Shown here piece by piece: positions 9,060-17,483 of a stretch of 64,000 bases of DNA. The position numbers and the translations under genes are program-made. Below the pieces are notes generated by a model. That model was not told the origin of the DNA. It ran no database searches and was given only the letters and a program-made list of their open reading frames with translations. Origin of the DNA: a virus (Duplodnaviria; Heunggongvirae; Uroviricota; Caudoviricetes); the IMG/VR virus record IMGVR_UViG_3300011115_000934, positions 97,983 through 161,982 of that record; one strand, written 5' to 3'. Numbering within the stretch: position 1 is the stretch's first letter; each line of letters opens with the position of its first letter.

Positions 9060-9274
9060 AAAAAACATTATTGACAGTGACGGTGAATGGGAATGAAATT
9101 GCATTTGTAAAAGATCAAGGACACTATTTTATTCATTGGGGTGAAGAGGACAGAGTAAAAGCCGTACAGGAATTGACAACACCCTCAGGAAGAAAGCCGT
9201 GTCAAGCAACTGCACATAAGAAGTTTTTAGAGGCAGTAGAAGCAACACGTTATTTAAAATTTAGTAGATTGTAA
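9056..9274 (+). CDS. hypothetical protein
   Basis: 72-aa ORF, ATGA overlap. Confidence 0.45.
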   Translation: MKKTLLTVTVNGNEIAFVKDQGHYFIHWGEEDRVKAVQELTTPSGRKPCQATAHKKFLEAVEATRYLKFSRL

Positions 9275-9486
9275 TGGAAAATAAAAAATACTACAGTCCA
9301 GCATTCCCTTCGGAAATAGGATCAAGTGGGTATAGAGCAGGAATGACCCTTAGAGATTACTTTGCAGCAAAAGCAATGCAAGGATTAATAAGTTCTTTCA
9401 AAGGTGATGTATCTGCAGAGTTTGATATAATCTCAATAGTTTCATATAAAATGGCAGATGCAATGTTAAACCAAAGAGAGAAGTAA
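9274..9486 (+). CDS. hypothetical protein
   Basis: 70-aa ORF. Confidence 0.45.
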   Translation: MENKKYYSPAFPSEIGSSGYRAGMTLRDYFAAKAMQGLISSFKGDVSAEFDIISIVSYKMADAMLNQREK

Positions 9487-9683
9487 TGGCAGCACTAACA
9501 GACAACAAATACGACGTATACAATTGGATTACTAAAGTAGTTGATTCTTGTAAAAACTATCACCAATTTAGAGCTGCGGATAATCTTATCTCAAACTTTC
9601 ATGATAGATATGATGATTGGCAACTAACAGGAGCGTTAAAATGTTATTCAAGTGACAAGTATTATACTAGAAAGAATAAATAA
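9486..9683 (+). CDS. hypothetical protein
   Basis: 65-aa ORF. Confidence 0.45.
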   Translation: MAALTDNKYDVYNWITKVVDSCKNYHQFRAADNLISNFHDRYDDWQLTGALKCYSSDKYYTRKNK

Positions 9684-9728
9684 AAACACCTCTTTTAAAT
9701 TAAGATCTATTTATTATAAAATACGCTA

Positions 9729-10067
9729 ATGGCAACATATACAGCAGATCAATTATACGGAAATGGAGTTGTAGGTGAAAACATCACTACTTCTAAAACA
9801 TTCACATTCAACAATCCATCAGGCTCTTCATACTTTACAATAGAGACAGTACAGGATGCAACAGGTAGTTTTAGTGGAAAGCAACAAACCACTAACGGAA
9901 CTTGGGTACCATCAAGTGCAACTATGGGAGCAGTTCAATCTCTATACTTTGCATCAGTAGTAGTGCCACCAGGAGCATCATCAGTAGTTCTCACACCAGC
10001 CACTTCAATCACAGGAACAAATTATAGGATGAAAGGAACTGGAGCATTTAGTGTGGTTACTTCATAA
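9729..10067 (+). CDS. Ser/Thr/Gly-rich beta-type protein (hypothetical)
   Basis: 112 aa, >35% S/T/G, no charged core. Confidence 0.45.
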   Translation: MATYTADQLYGNGVVGENITTSKTFTFNNPSGSSYFTIETVQDATGSFSGKQQTTNGTWVPSSATMGAVQSLYFASVVVPPGASSVVLTPATSITGTNYRMKGTGAFSVVTS

Positions 10068-10089
10068 TACTTAATTGAAAATAATTAAT

Positions 10090-10118
10090 AAAAAGCTTGC
10101 TTCGGTAAGCTTTTTTTT
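10090..10118 (+). terminator. rho-independent terminator AGCTTGC-TTCG-GTAAGCT + T8
   Basis: Hairpin then TTTTTTTT; the TTG in its stem also serves as -33 of the next promoter (TATATTAT at 10120-10127). Confidence 0.55.
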
Positions 10119-10144
10119 GTATATTATAATATTAAAGACAGGTT

Positions 10145-10483
10145 ATGAATTTCATCTTAGGATTCCTTTACGGAATAGCTGCACAAATATTTACTTTTAT
10201 ACAACTGCAAGGTCAGTTTAAGTTTGAATGGGCAAAATCAAATCCTTTCTATATGGCTCTTATGGGTGTTCCTATTTCACTTTTATATTTAGGATCAGTT
10301 AAACATTTAGTAGCACATTTTGAAGGTCAGCTTTGGCCCTCACGTCTTCTAGGATTTGCAATAGGAGCAATGGTATTTACTGGAATGTCTTGGATGTGGT
10401 TCAAGGAACCTTTATCAATAAAAACTTTAATCTGCCTTGGATTGGCAGTTTGTATAATGTGTATTCAATTATTTTGGAAATGA
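10145..10483 (+). CDS. membrane protein (3-4 TM)
   Basis: Hydrophobic helices throughout. Confidence 0.55.
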   Translation: MNFILGFLYGIAAQIFTFIQLQGQFKFEWAKSNPFYMALMGVPISLLYLGSVKHLVAHFEGQLWPSRLLGFAIGAMVFTGMSWMWFKEPLSIKTLICLGLAVCIMCIQLFWK

Positions 10484-10782
10484 AAAAACTAGAAACATGC
10501 CAGCACTGCGGTGAACAAAAAGAAGATTGTTATCACGGATTCATATCAATGTGTCTCCCAATGCCAGAAGCTGAAGCTAAAATTGATAAGTGGGGAAGAG
10601 AGGATTGGTTTAAAAATTTAGAAAGAACAGATCTTACTGAAGAAGAAAGTAAAGAACTTGATGACCTTTGTTTCTATGATCAAATGCTAAACACAGTTGG
10701 AAGAGGAATACAATGTGATGACTGCGGAAGAAAAGAATCAGAACTTTATGAAAAATATTATCCAAAAAGTTTGCAATCGTAA
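10480..10782 (+). CDS. Cys-rich zinc-binding protein (CxxC..CxxC)
   Basis: CQHCGEQ...CDDCG pairs; start placed at the ATGA overlap with the upstream gene rather than at the ORF-track start 10333, which lies inside the membrane-protein gene. Confidence 0.5.
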   Translation: MKKLETCQHCGEQKEDCYHGFISMCLPMPEAEAKIDKWGREDWFKNLERTDLTEEESKELDDLCFYDQMLNTVGRGIQCDDCGRKESELYEKYYPKSLQS

Positions 10783-10805
10783 AATAAATTTTATATATTA
10801 GAACT

Positions 10806-10970
10806 ATGAGACAAGTAAACAATCATGTAAAAGAAGTTATGGGAATTAAAGAACAACCTAAACCATCTGCCAATCCAAAGAATTGGAATTGGACAGCCAT
10901 TATTGCTTGGAGCGTTATCGGAACAATAGCAGCTTCATTAGCAAACTTATTAATTAATTTAATATTTTAA
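10806..10970 (+). CDS. 54-aa membrane micro-protein
   Basis: C-terminal TM helix; below ORF-track cutoff; fills an otherwise empty gap. Confidence 0.35.
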   Translation: MRQVNNHVKEVMGIKEQPKPSANPKNWNWTAIIAWSVIGTIAASLANLLINLIF

Positions 10971-10971
10971 T

Positions 10972-11433
10972 ATGAAATTTCAATCAACAAAAGTCTTCGA
11001 TGGATACTCTACAGTATTTCGTCAATGGAGAGCAGAAGGAACTCACTGTAGGTTCCTACACGGGTATGGTATTTCTTTCAAAATTACATTTGAAGGAGAC
11101 TTAGACGAAAGAAACTGGGTATGGGACTTTGGAGGAATGAAAAGAGCTAAGACTAAGATTGATGGTATGAATCCAAAAGAGTGGATGGACTATATGTTTG
11201 ATCATACCTACTTAGTGGCTGAGGACGATCCATTCCTAATAACAGCATATGCAATGAGCAACGAGAAGGTAATCCAACTAAGAATAGTACCAGCTACAGG
11301 AGCAGAACAATTTGCTAAATTTATTTACGATAAAGTAAATGCATTCGTACTTGAAGAAACAAATAACAGAGTAAGAGTAGTAAGCGTAGAATTTAAAGAA
11401 CATGAGAAAAATTCAGCAATATATGGAGAGTAA
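10972..11433 (+). CDS. queD: 6-carboxy-5,6,7,8-tetrahydropterin synthase-like T-fold protein (QueD family)
   Basis: CxxxHGY zinc motif (THCRFLHGYG) and T-fold length. Confidence 0.65.
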   Translation: MKFQSTKVFDGYSTVFRQWRAEGTHCRFLHGYGISFKITFEGDLDERNWVWDFGGMKRAKTKIDGMNPKEWMDYMFDHTYLVAEDDPFLITAYAMSNEKVIQLRIVPATGAEQFAKFIYDKVNAFVLEETNNRVRVVSVEFKEHEKNSAIYGE

Positions 11434-11788
11434 ATTAGAATTTCTAACTGAGGTAACAGAAGAGTCCTTACCTAAAGTAAAAAATAGGTATTATAAATTT
11501 GGTGCATCTGAAGTACAAGTAGGAGATCAAATTGCTTTTGGAATAATTGAAAGTATTTCTGATGATGGGAAATTAACATCAACACTTCAATCCTTTGTAG
11601 TAGATACAAGCGGAATACTATACCAGCTATCAGAAAATAAACTATGGTCTCCTAAAGGCAATACAGCTGACAAATTCACAATAGGATTCGCAGCATGGTT
11701 ATTAGATAGCTGGACACACCCAGACTTTATACATAAGTCTCCTGAAGAATTAGTAAAAATTTATAAAGAAAATGGTAGCAAAGCCTAA
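11423..11788 (+). CDS. hypothetical protein
   Basis: ORF overlapping queD stop; start at 11402 or 11423. Confidence 0.5.
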   Translation: MESKLEFLTEVTEESLPKVKNRYYKFGASEVQVGDQIAFGIIESISDDGKLTSTLQSFVVDTSGILYQLSENKLWSPKGNTADKFTIGFAAWLLDSWTHPDFIHKSPEELVKIYKENGSKA

Positions 11789-11795
11789 CCTAACA

Positions 11796-11903
11796 ATGGA
11801 TGAATTCCATCAGTACTTACAAAATGTAATAGACTCTAAATTAGATCTAAGACAAAAAGTAGTAGCAGTAGAAAGATATATAAAACAAATAACAGGTAGA
11901 TGA
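11796..11903 (+). CDS. 35-aa micro-ORF (hypothetical)
   Basis: ATG..TGA, overlaps next ATG (ATGA); unannotated gap. Confidence 0.25.
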   Translation: MDEFHQYLQNVIDSKLDLRQKVVAVERYIKQITGR

Positions 11904-12076
11904 CAAAATTAATTATAAAATTTATTAAATTCCTAGCTCATAAAATAGGTTATGACGTAGCATTAGTAGAATACACTCCTGGAGAAATAAGTCTACAAGG
12001 GGATGTAAGACTTCTAAAATTTGTGGATACTATAAAGTACATGCAACATATTCGTAAAGTAAAAAACATAGAATAA
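11900..12076 (+). CDS. 58-aa hypothetical protein
   Basis: Fills gap before the homing-endonuclease gene. Confidence 0.3.
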   Translation: MTKLIIKFIKFLAHKIGYDVALVEYTPGEISLQGDVRLLKFVDTIKYMQHIRKVKNIE

Positions 12077-12169
12077 TAGGTGTGACAGTTGGTAAAGTTA
12101 GAAGTATATTAAGTTATTAAATTTCTGTATATTTTTCTAATTATGTGATATTTATAATAAACATATCAT

Positions 12170-12988
12170 ATGAAAGACAAAATACATTACGTTTATAAAA
12201 TTATAAACATAAAAAATAATAAAGAGTATATCGGAGTTAGGTCACATCCAAATCCTAAAGAAGATGCTTACATGGGTTCTTCTAGAATTTTAGAAAATTT
12301 ATATAAGTTAGAAGGAAAGGAAAATTTTATAAAAGAAATTCTAAAAACTTTTAGTAGTAGAAAAGAAGCAGAGGATTACGAATCATCTCTCTTAACAGAG
12401 AGTTTCTGCAATAGTCCAAATACCTATAACATAATTAATACTGGAGAGTTTAGCGACAATAAACATGGATTCAGAAAAGATATCTGGTTCGATTACTACG
12501 ATCAGATTAGAGAGAAATATGTACAAGGCAAAACTACAAAAGAATTAGGAGATTATTATAATTGTGACGGCGGTACTATAAGAATGATTGTACAGGATAT
12601 TAAAAGAACAAACGCAGAATCTCAAAAACTCAGATATGATAAATTCCTTACATCAGGTAACCGTGATTTAGAATTAGATAAACATATAGGAGACATAGTA
12701 AAACTGTATGTAGAAGACGTAAAATCATTAATTTATATATCAAAACAATATGGAGTTGATCAAGGTACAATAAAGAGGAGATTGATAGTAGAGGGAGTAG
12801 CTATTAGAGATCATAAAGTATCTCAACAATTAAGAAATGATAATAGAAAACGAGCAAAAGCTTGGAATTTTGAAAAAGAAATCGTATCTTTATTTCTACA
12901 AGGAGTTAATATTCCTACTTTAAGTAGGACATATGAAAGTGATTATATGACAATCAAATCGATATTACAACATAATAAATTAAAATAA
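12170..12988 (+). CDS. GIY-YIG homing endonuclease (free-standing)
   Basis: N-terminal HYVYKIINIKNNKEYIGV...Y.GSS GIY-YIG module + basic C-terminal DNA-binding region; sits between queD and queE. Confidence 0.7.
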   Translation: MKDKIHYVYKIINIKNNKEYIGVRSHPNPKEDAYMGSSRILENLYKLEGKENFIKEILKTFSSRKEAEDYESSLLTESFCNSPNTYNIINTGEFSDNKHGFRKDIWFDYYDQIREKYVQGKTTKELGDYYNCDGGTIRMIVQDIKRTNAESQKLRYDKFLTSGNRDLELDKHIGDIVKLYVEDVKSLIYISKQYGVDQGTIKRRLIVEGVAIRDHKVSQQLRNDNRKRAKAWNFEKEIVSLFLQGVNIPTLSRTYESDYMTIKSILQHNKLK

Positions 12989-12993
12989 GTAAC

Positions 12994-13788
12994 ATGGAAA
13001 TACAAAAAAAGAAATTAGGTAGAATTGAGGATTATAACAAAACACTTCCTATCATTGAGCTATACTCCTGTGTCCAAAGTGAGGGGAGTAGAGCAGGATA
13101 TCCTACAATTGCAATTCGAACTACTGGCTGTACTCACCGCTGCTGGTTCGGAGATGGAGGATGGTGCGACAGTTGGTATAGTTCTATTCATCCAGAAAAG
13201 GGAAGTTCAACTTTCCAAGACATTATTAACATGTACGATGCAAATCCTCACATCACAGAGATGATGTTAACAGGAGGATCACCTACAATGCATCCTGCAT
13301 TAGTAAATGAGCTAACACATTTTGCACATGAAAGAAAAATATTTATCACTATTGAAACTGAAGGAAGTCATTTTCTGGAGACTGACTATCCTATTAATTT
13401 ACTTTCCATATCACCTAAGTTTAGTAACTCGGTTCCTAAAATCGGAGTACTTACACCTCAAGGAGCGGTTACGGATGAGAAAATGATCAAGCAGCATAAC
13501 AAGCTAAGATTAAACTACGATGCAATGTCTAAATCAATTGCATACCACTCCGATTATCATTTGAAACCAGTATGGGATGGAGAGGATCAAGAAGCATTAA
13601 AAGAGATCATGGGTTGTATAAAAATACTAGATATCCCCGAAGATAAAGTATGGTTTATGCCTGCAGGAGATTCAAGAGAAGCCTTATTTAAATCATATCC
13701 AAAAATGTTTGATTGGGTGAGAGATAACGGATTTAGATTAACATGGAGGCCTCACATCATTGCATTTGAAGATCAAAGAGAAGTATAG
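12994..13788 (+). CDS. queE: 7-carboxy-7-deazaguanine synthase (radical SAM, QueE)
   Basis: SCVQSEGSRAGYPTIAIRTTGCTHRCWF matches the QueE N-terminal signature (xQGEGxxxGxPxxFIRxxGC); Cys spacing is atypical: C-x3-C-x7-C. Confidence 0.75.
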   Translation: MEIQKKKLGRIEDYNKTLPIIELYSCVQSEGSRAGYPTIAIRTTGCTHRCWFGDGGWCDSWYSSIHPEKGSSTFQDIINMYDANPHITEMMLTGGSPTMHPALVNELTHFAHERKIFITIETEGSHFLETDYPINLLSISPKFSNSVPKIGVLTPQGAVTDEKMIKQHNKLRLNYDAMSKSIAYHSDYHLKPVWDGEDQEALKEIMGCIKILDIPEDKVWFMPAGDSREALFKSYPKMFDWVRDNGFRLTWRPHIIAFEDQREV

Positions 13789-13790
13789 GA

Positions 13791-13975
13791 TGAGACCAGC
13801 AACTACAGTAGAAACATTGTACACTCTTCATACACTGTGGAGAAAGAACCAAATGGAAACAGCACAAGTAAAGCACTTACTAAAAACTAGCTGCTTCTTA
13901 GACCTAACAAGCATAACAAATGGAGGCATTACAGCTCAATCCATAGACGGTAAAACTAAATATTCAATTAAATAA
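13791..13975 (+). CDS. hypothetical protein
   Basis: 61-aa ORF (ORF-track start 13760 overlaps queE). Confidence 0.4.
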
Positions 13976-13981
13976 ATAAAA

Positions 13982-14251
13982 ATGACATTACAAGAATTAA
14001 TTAATTTAGCAGGAGATAGAGACCTATCAAAATCATATCCAAAAGCAGATGGAGTTTACATCTGGGATTACAAATTACAATACAAGCAAGACTTTGAACT
14101 AGAATTGGTACTAATACCAAGCGACTCAAGTAAAGCAGGATTCAAAGACAAAGTATCAGTACAAGAGCTAATAGATTACGTTTTAGATCAATCTATATTT
14201 ACAGAATTAGAAATTGTAGGAGTAGAAGGATTAACAATAGCAAAAGTATAA
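13982..14251 (+). CDS. hypothetical protein
   Basis: 89-aa ORF. Confidence 0.5.
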   Translation: MTLQELINLAGDRDLSKSYPKADGVYIWDYKLQYKQDFELELVLIPSDSSKAGFKDKVSVQELIDYVLDQSIFTELEIVGVEGLTIAKV

Positions 14252-14252
14252 T

Positions 14253-14831
14253 ATGAAAAAGTTTTTATTAGTACTGCTATTACCAATACTTGGGTTCGGA
14301 CAACTAAGAGACAGCGTTTACGTGAATACAGACATCTATGAGGTGATGTATTCTGAAAAGCTAGAACAGCCACTTTGGGTAAAATACCAAGTAGCTTGTA
14401 CGGATGGTAAAGCATCAAGAAAAGGAATGGACTTTTACACAGACAAAAAGATTCACACATCAGATGCAAAAGATTATGCATTTAATGTTTACGACAAAGG
14501 ACACTGTGCACCAGCAGCAGATTTTAATTGTAATAGAGAAATGTTATTCAAAACATTCTCATATCTAAACTGTACTCTTCAGAATGAAAGATTAAATAGA
14601 ATTCATTGGAGATTATTAGAAGATTATGAAAGAACACTAGCAATTACTGAAGGCCCAGTATATGTCGAAATACGAATGGTCTTTGACACCAATCCCAGAC
14701 GAGTACCTGCAGGTGCAGCTATTCCTTCCGCTTTCTATAAAATTATTAAAACAAGAAGTAAGAAGATTGCATTTTTCTTTAAGAATGAGCAACCAACCAA
14801 GGCAACGTTTAAAGATTACCAGATAAAGTAA
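14253..14831 (+). CDS. secreted DNA/RNA non-specific endonuclease (Serratia-nuclease family)
   Basis: Signal peptide MKKFLLVLLLPILGFG; DKGHCAPAADF..N motif equivalent to the DRGH active site. Confidence 0.65.
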   Translation: MKKFLLVLLLPILGFGQLRDSVYVNTDIYEVMYSEKLEQPLWVKYQVACTDGKASRKGMDFYTDKKIHTSDAKDYAFNVYDKGHCAPAADFNCNREMLFKTFSYLNCTLQNERLNRIHWRLLEDYERTLAITEGPVYVEIRMVFDTNPRRVPAGAAIPSAFYKIIKTRSKKIAFFFKNEQPTKATFKDYQIK

Positions 14832-14833
14832 CT

Positions 14834-15238
14834 ATGGCACTAAAAGCAGGCAATAAGGTCTATCTAAGTTGGGATGACATAGAGGATCTAGTAAACAAAT
14901 TATGTACCACAATCCAAAGAGTAAATCCTGATATAAAAAGTGTAACAGGAATTAAAAGAGGAGGATTAATACCAGCAGTTATGGTCTCACACAGACTGAA
15001 CATTCCTTATGTAGAAACTATTAATGCAAGTACTTTGGTCATAGATGATATTTGTGATACAGGAGAAACGTTAAAAGGATTAGTTACTGGAGTTCCAACA
15101 GCAGTTCTTCACTACAAACCACACACATCAGTATTCACACCAAGCATATTTGCAGAAGAGCACAACGGGGATGAGTGGATAATATATCCATGGGAAAGAA
15201 GAGATTCAGAAGCAATTCAAGATTACTTAAAAAAATAA
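14834..15238 (+). CDS. type I phosphoribosyltransferase (purine PRTase-like)
   Basis: PRPP-binding loop VIDDICDTGETL. Confidence 0.65.
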   Translation: MALKAGNKVYLSWDDIEDLVNKLCTTIQRVNPDIKSVTGIKRGGLIPAVMVSHRLNIPYVETINASTLVIDDICDTGETLKGLVTGVPTAVLHYKPHTSVFTPSIFAEEHNGDEWIIYPWERRDSEAIQDYLKK

Positions 15239-15254
15239 CTAAAATTAAATAAAC

Positions 15255-15455
15255 ATGAACAACTATTGGCAAGTAACAGTACAGTTACAACACGAAAGTG
15301 ATAAAGGAAAGGTACAAAGAATCAATGAGCAGTACATAGTGAATGCAGTATCAGCTACAGAAGCTGAAGCAAAGATCTATAAAGACTTTGAAGGAGAATC
15401 AAACTTTGAAGTAATTCGAGTAGCTCAAACAAAGATTATAAAAATAATTGAGTAA
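15255..15455 (+). CDS. hypothetical protein
   Basis: 66-aa ORF. Confidence 0.45.
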   Translation: MNNYWQVTVQLQHESDKGKVQRINEQYIVNAVSATEAEAKIYKDFEGESNFEVIRVAQTKIIKIIE

Positions 15456-15483
15456 AAAGTTGCCTCTTCGGAGGCTTCTTTGT
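15455..15483 (+). terminator. terminator GCCTC-TTCG-GAGGC + T-rich
   Basis: Stem 15462-15466/15471-15475; the next promoter is TTG 15460 / TATATTAA 15483-15490. Confidence 0.5.
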
Positions 15484-15505
15484 ATATTAATAAAAAAGTA
15501 AAGTT

Positions 15506-16012
15506 ATGTTAAATAATGCAGATCAAGTAGAACAACTTCTACAAACAAACGGTAAAGGAGCAAAGGCTCAAGTAGGTTATGATTTAACTCTCAAAGAAGT
15601 AACAAGAATTAATGGAGGAGCAGTTTTCTCAGATAAAACTGTAGTACATGAGTACACACCTATCGTTCCATTGGATACAACAGACACTTCAATGGATCAG
15701 GACGGAACAGGTAGAATAATCTTTGCTCTTGATCCAGGAACGTACAGCTTGACATTTGAACAAGGAGTAAAGCTTCCAAGCGGTAAGACAGCATTCATCA
15801 GACACAGATCAAGCATCCTAAGATGTGGTGGAATAATTACATCAGGAGTTTACGATCCAGGATTTGAAGTAGATGAGATGGGTGGAGTGTTAATAGCAAC
15901 ACGACCAATTACTATTGAGAAAGGAGCAAGAGTAGCTCAGATTATTATCTTTGATAATTTTGATGCAGAACTATATGCAGGTCAGTGGCAAGGAACTAAA
16001 GACGTAAAGTAA
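15506..16012 (+). CDS. dCTP deaminase/dUTPase-fold protein
   Basis: Beta-rich, G-rich motifs (GxYDPGFEVDEMGG, RVAQIIIF) of dUTPase/Dcd superfamily. Confidence 0.55.
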   Translation: MLNNADQVEQLLQTNGKGAKAQVGYDLTLKEVTRINGGAVFSDKTVVHEYTPIVPLDTTDTSMDQDGTGRIIFALDPGTYSLTFEQGVKLPSGKTAFIRHRSSILRCGGIITSGVYDPGFEVDEMGGVLIATRPITIEKGARVAQIIIFDNFDAELYAGQWQGTKDVK

Positions 16013-16013
16013 T

Positions 16014-16370
16014 ATGAAAACAAAAACAACGGTTATAGTAAAATTAGCAGTGGATGGTTGTCATAACTTTCCCAAAGCAGCAGAGTTATTTCCAGAAGTG
16101 GACTTTCTATCTGACAGACACAGACACATGTTTCACTTCACAGTAGCATGTGAGGTTACCCATTCAGATCGTGATAAGGAATTTATCATGTTGAAAAGAG
16201 ACATTATTGATTACATCAATGGAGAATACTTTAATGACTTTACAAGAACTTGTGAGTTTGATTCAAGATCATGTGAGATGTTAGCAGAGGAAGTGTTAAA
16301 GGAATTTGATGCTGAATGGGTTGAAGTTTGGGAGGATATGGAAAATGGTGCTAAAGTAGAAAAGATATAA
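16014..16370 (+). CDS. second T-fold (PTPS/QueD-like) protein
   Basis: 118 aa; H(17) and RHRHMFHF histidine cluster positioned like the PTPS zinc ligands; weak. Confidence 0.3.
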   Translation: MKTKTTVIVKLAVDGCHNFPKAAELFPEVDFLSDRHRHMFHFTVACEVTHSDRDKEFIMLKRDIIDYINGEYFNDFTRTCEFDSRSCEMLAEEVLKEFDAEWVEVWEDMENGAKVEKI

Positions 16371-16837
16371 TGAAAGTAGTATTTTTATTTGGAGAGATAT
16401 GCTCAGGTAAGAGCACACTTGACTTTGGAACACAATCTTCAAGAATTACTGTATCTAATATAGTAAAGAGGTTGATGCAATCTGAGGATAGAGAGGTACT
16501 GCAAAACTCTAAACATCTTGATAATATAATAGCAGATGAGATTATAGAGGAGATTGAGAACATATATAGCTACGCATATCCATTTTCACATACAGTTATT
16601 ATAGATGGAATAAGACAGTATTCAATCGTAGAGCAAGTACAACAGTGGTTGACTAATTCTACAAAAATAAAACTAGAATACAAATGGTTAGAAGTTGGTA
16701 GAGAAGAACGTAAAAGAAGATTCGAAGCTCGTAAAGATCCTAAGGATACTTTAACATTTGAAGAGGCAGAAAAAAGAGACAATGCGTTGGGATTATCAGA
16801 TTTATTTAGTATATTAAAAGAACAAAATAAGATATAA
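16370..16837 (+). CDS. P-loop kinase, dNMP-kinase-like
   Basis: MKVVFLFGEICSGKSTL resembles T4 gp1 MKLIFLSGVKRSGKDT N-terminus. Confidence 0.5.
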   Translation: MKVVFLFGEICSGKSTLDFGTQSSRITVSNIVKRLMQSEDREVLQNSKHLDNIIADEIIEEIENIYSYAYPFSHTVIIDGIRQYSIVEQVQQWLTNSTKIKLEYKWLEVGREERKRRFEARKDPKDTLTFEEAEKRDNALGLSDLFSILKEQNKI

Positions 16838-16841
16838 AAAT

Positions 16842-17483
16842 ATGGAGTTATTAAAAAAAGCCAATGGCAACTTACCTCGTACAACTGAGGAGAAAGCACA
16901 AATGATCGAACAAGCTGCGAAGTATTACGGAGAGTTCTTAACAGCATTAGGATTCGACTGGAGAGCAGATCAGCATAGTGATCGTACACCTCATCGTGTA
17001 GCGAAAGCATGGGTTAATGATCTTATTGCAGGATCAATCAGTGAAGAGCCAGAGATTACAGCATTCCCTAATGATGAAGGGTACACAGGATTAATTTGTC
17101 AAACTCGTATCCCAGTAATGAGTATGTGTGCACATCACAACCTAACATTCTCAGGAGTAGCTCACGTAGCATACATTGCAGGAAAAGAAAAGACAGATTT
17201 AGTTATTGGTTTAAGTAAATTGAATCGTATTGTAGATTTCTATTCTCGTAGACCAAACATCCAAGAAAGTTTGACTAAACAAATTCATGATCACGTTGAA
17301 AGACTTTGTGTAGGTAATAGAGGAGTTGCAGTAGTGATTGAATCACAACACAACTGTGTAAGATGTAGAGGAATTAAACAAGATTCAGTAATGAAGACTT
17401 CACAAATGTCAGGATACTTCTGGACTAATGAAGTAGGTACTCGTCAAGAATTCTTTAACCTAATTGATCAAAGCAGATATTAA
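16842..17483 (+). CDS. folE: GTP cyclohydrolase I
   Basis: Catalytic/zinc segment MCAHHNLTFSGVAHVAYIAG...VIESQHNCVRCRG conserved in FolE. Confidence 0.85.
   Translation: MELLKKANGNLPRTTEEKAQMIEQAAKYYGEFLTALGFDWRADQHSDRTPHRVAKAWVNDLIAGSISEEPEITAFPNDEGYTGLICQTRIPVMSMCAHHNLTFSGVAHVAYIAGKEKTDLVIGLSKLNRIVDFYSRRPNIQESLTKQIHDHVERLCVGNRGVAVVIESQHNCVRCRGIKQDSVMKTSQMSGYFWTNEVGTRQEFFNLIDQSRY

Noticed and set aside
10333-10782. Long form of the Cys-rich protein starting at 10333
   Set aside because: Its first 50 codons overlap the membrane-protein gene 10145-10483 in another frame; the ATGA junction at 10480 gives a clean coupled start.
13025-13264. Alternative-frame ORFs inside annotated genes (13025-13264 in queE, 34493-34696, 40604-40810, 21643-21948 versus 21697-21888)
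   Set aside because: Internal out-of-frame ORFs with no independent signals; the host genes have conserved motifs in the main frame.
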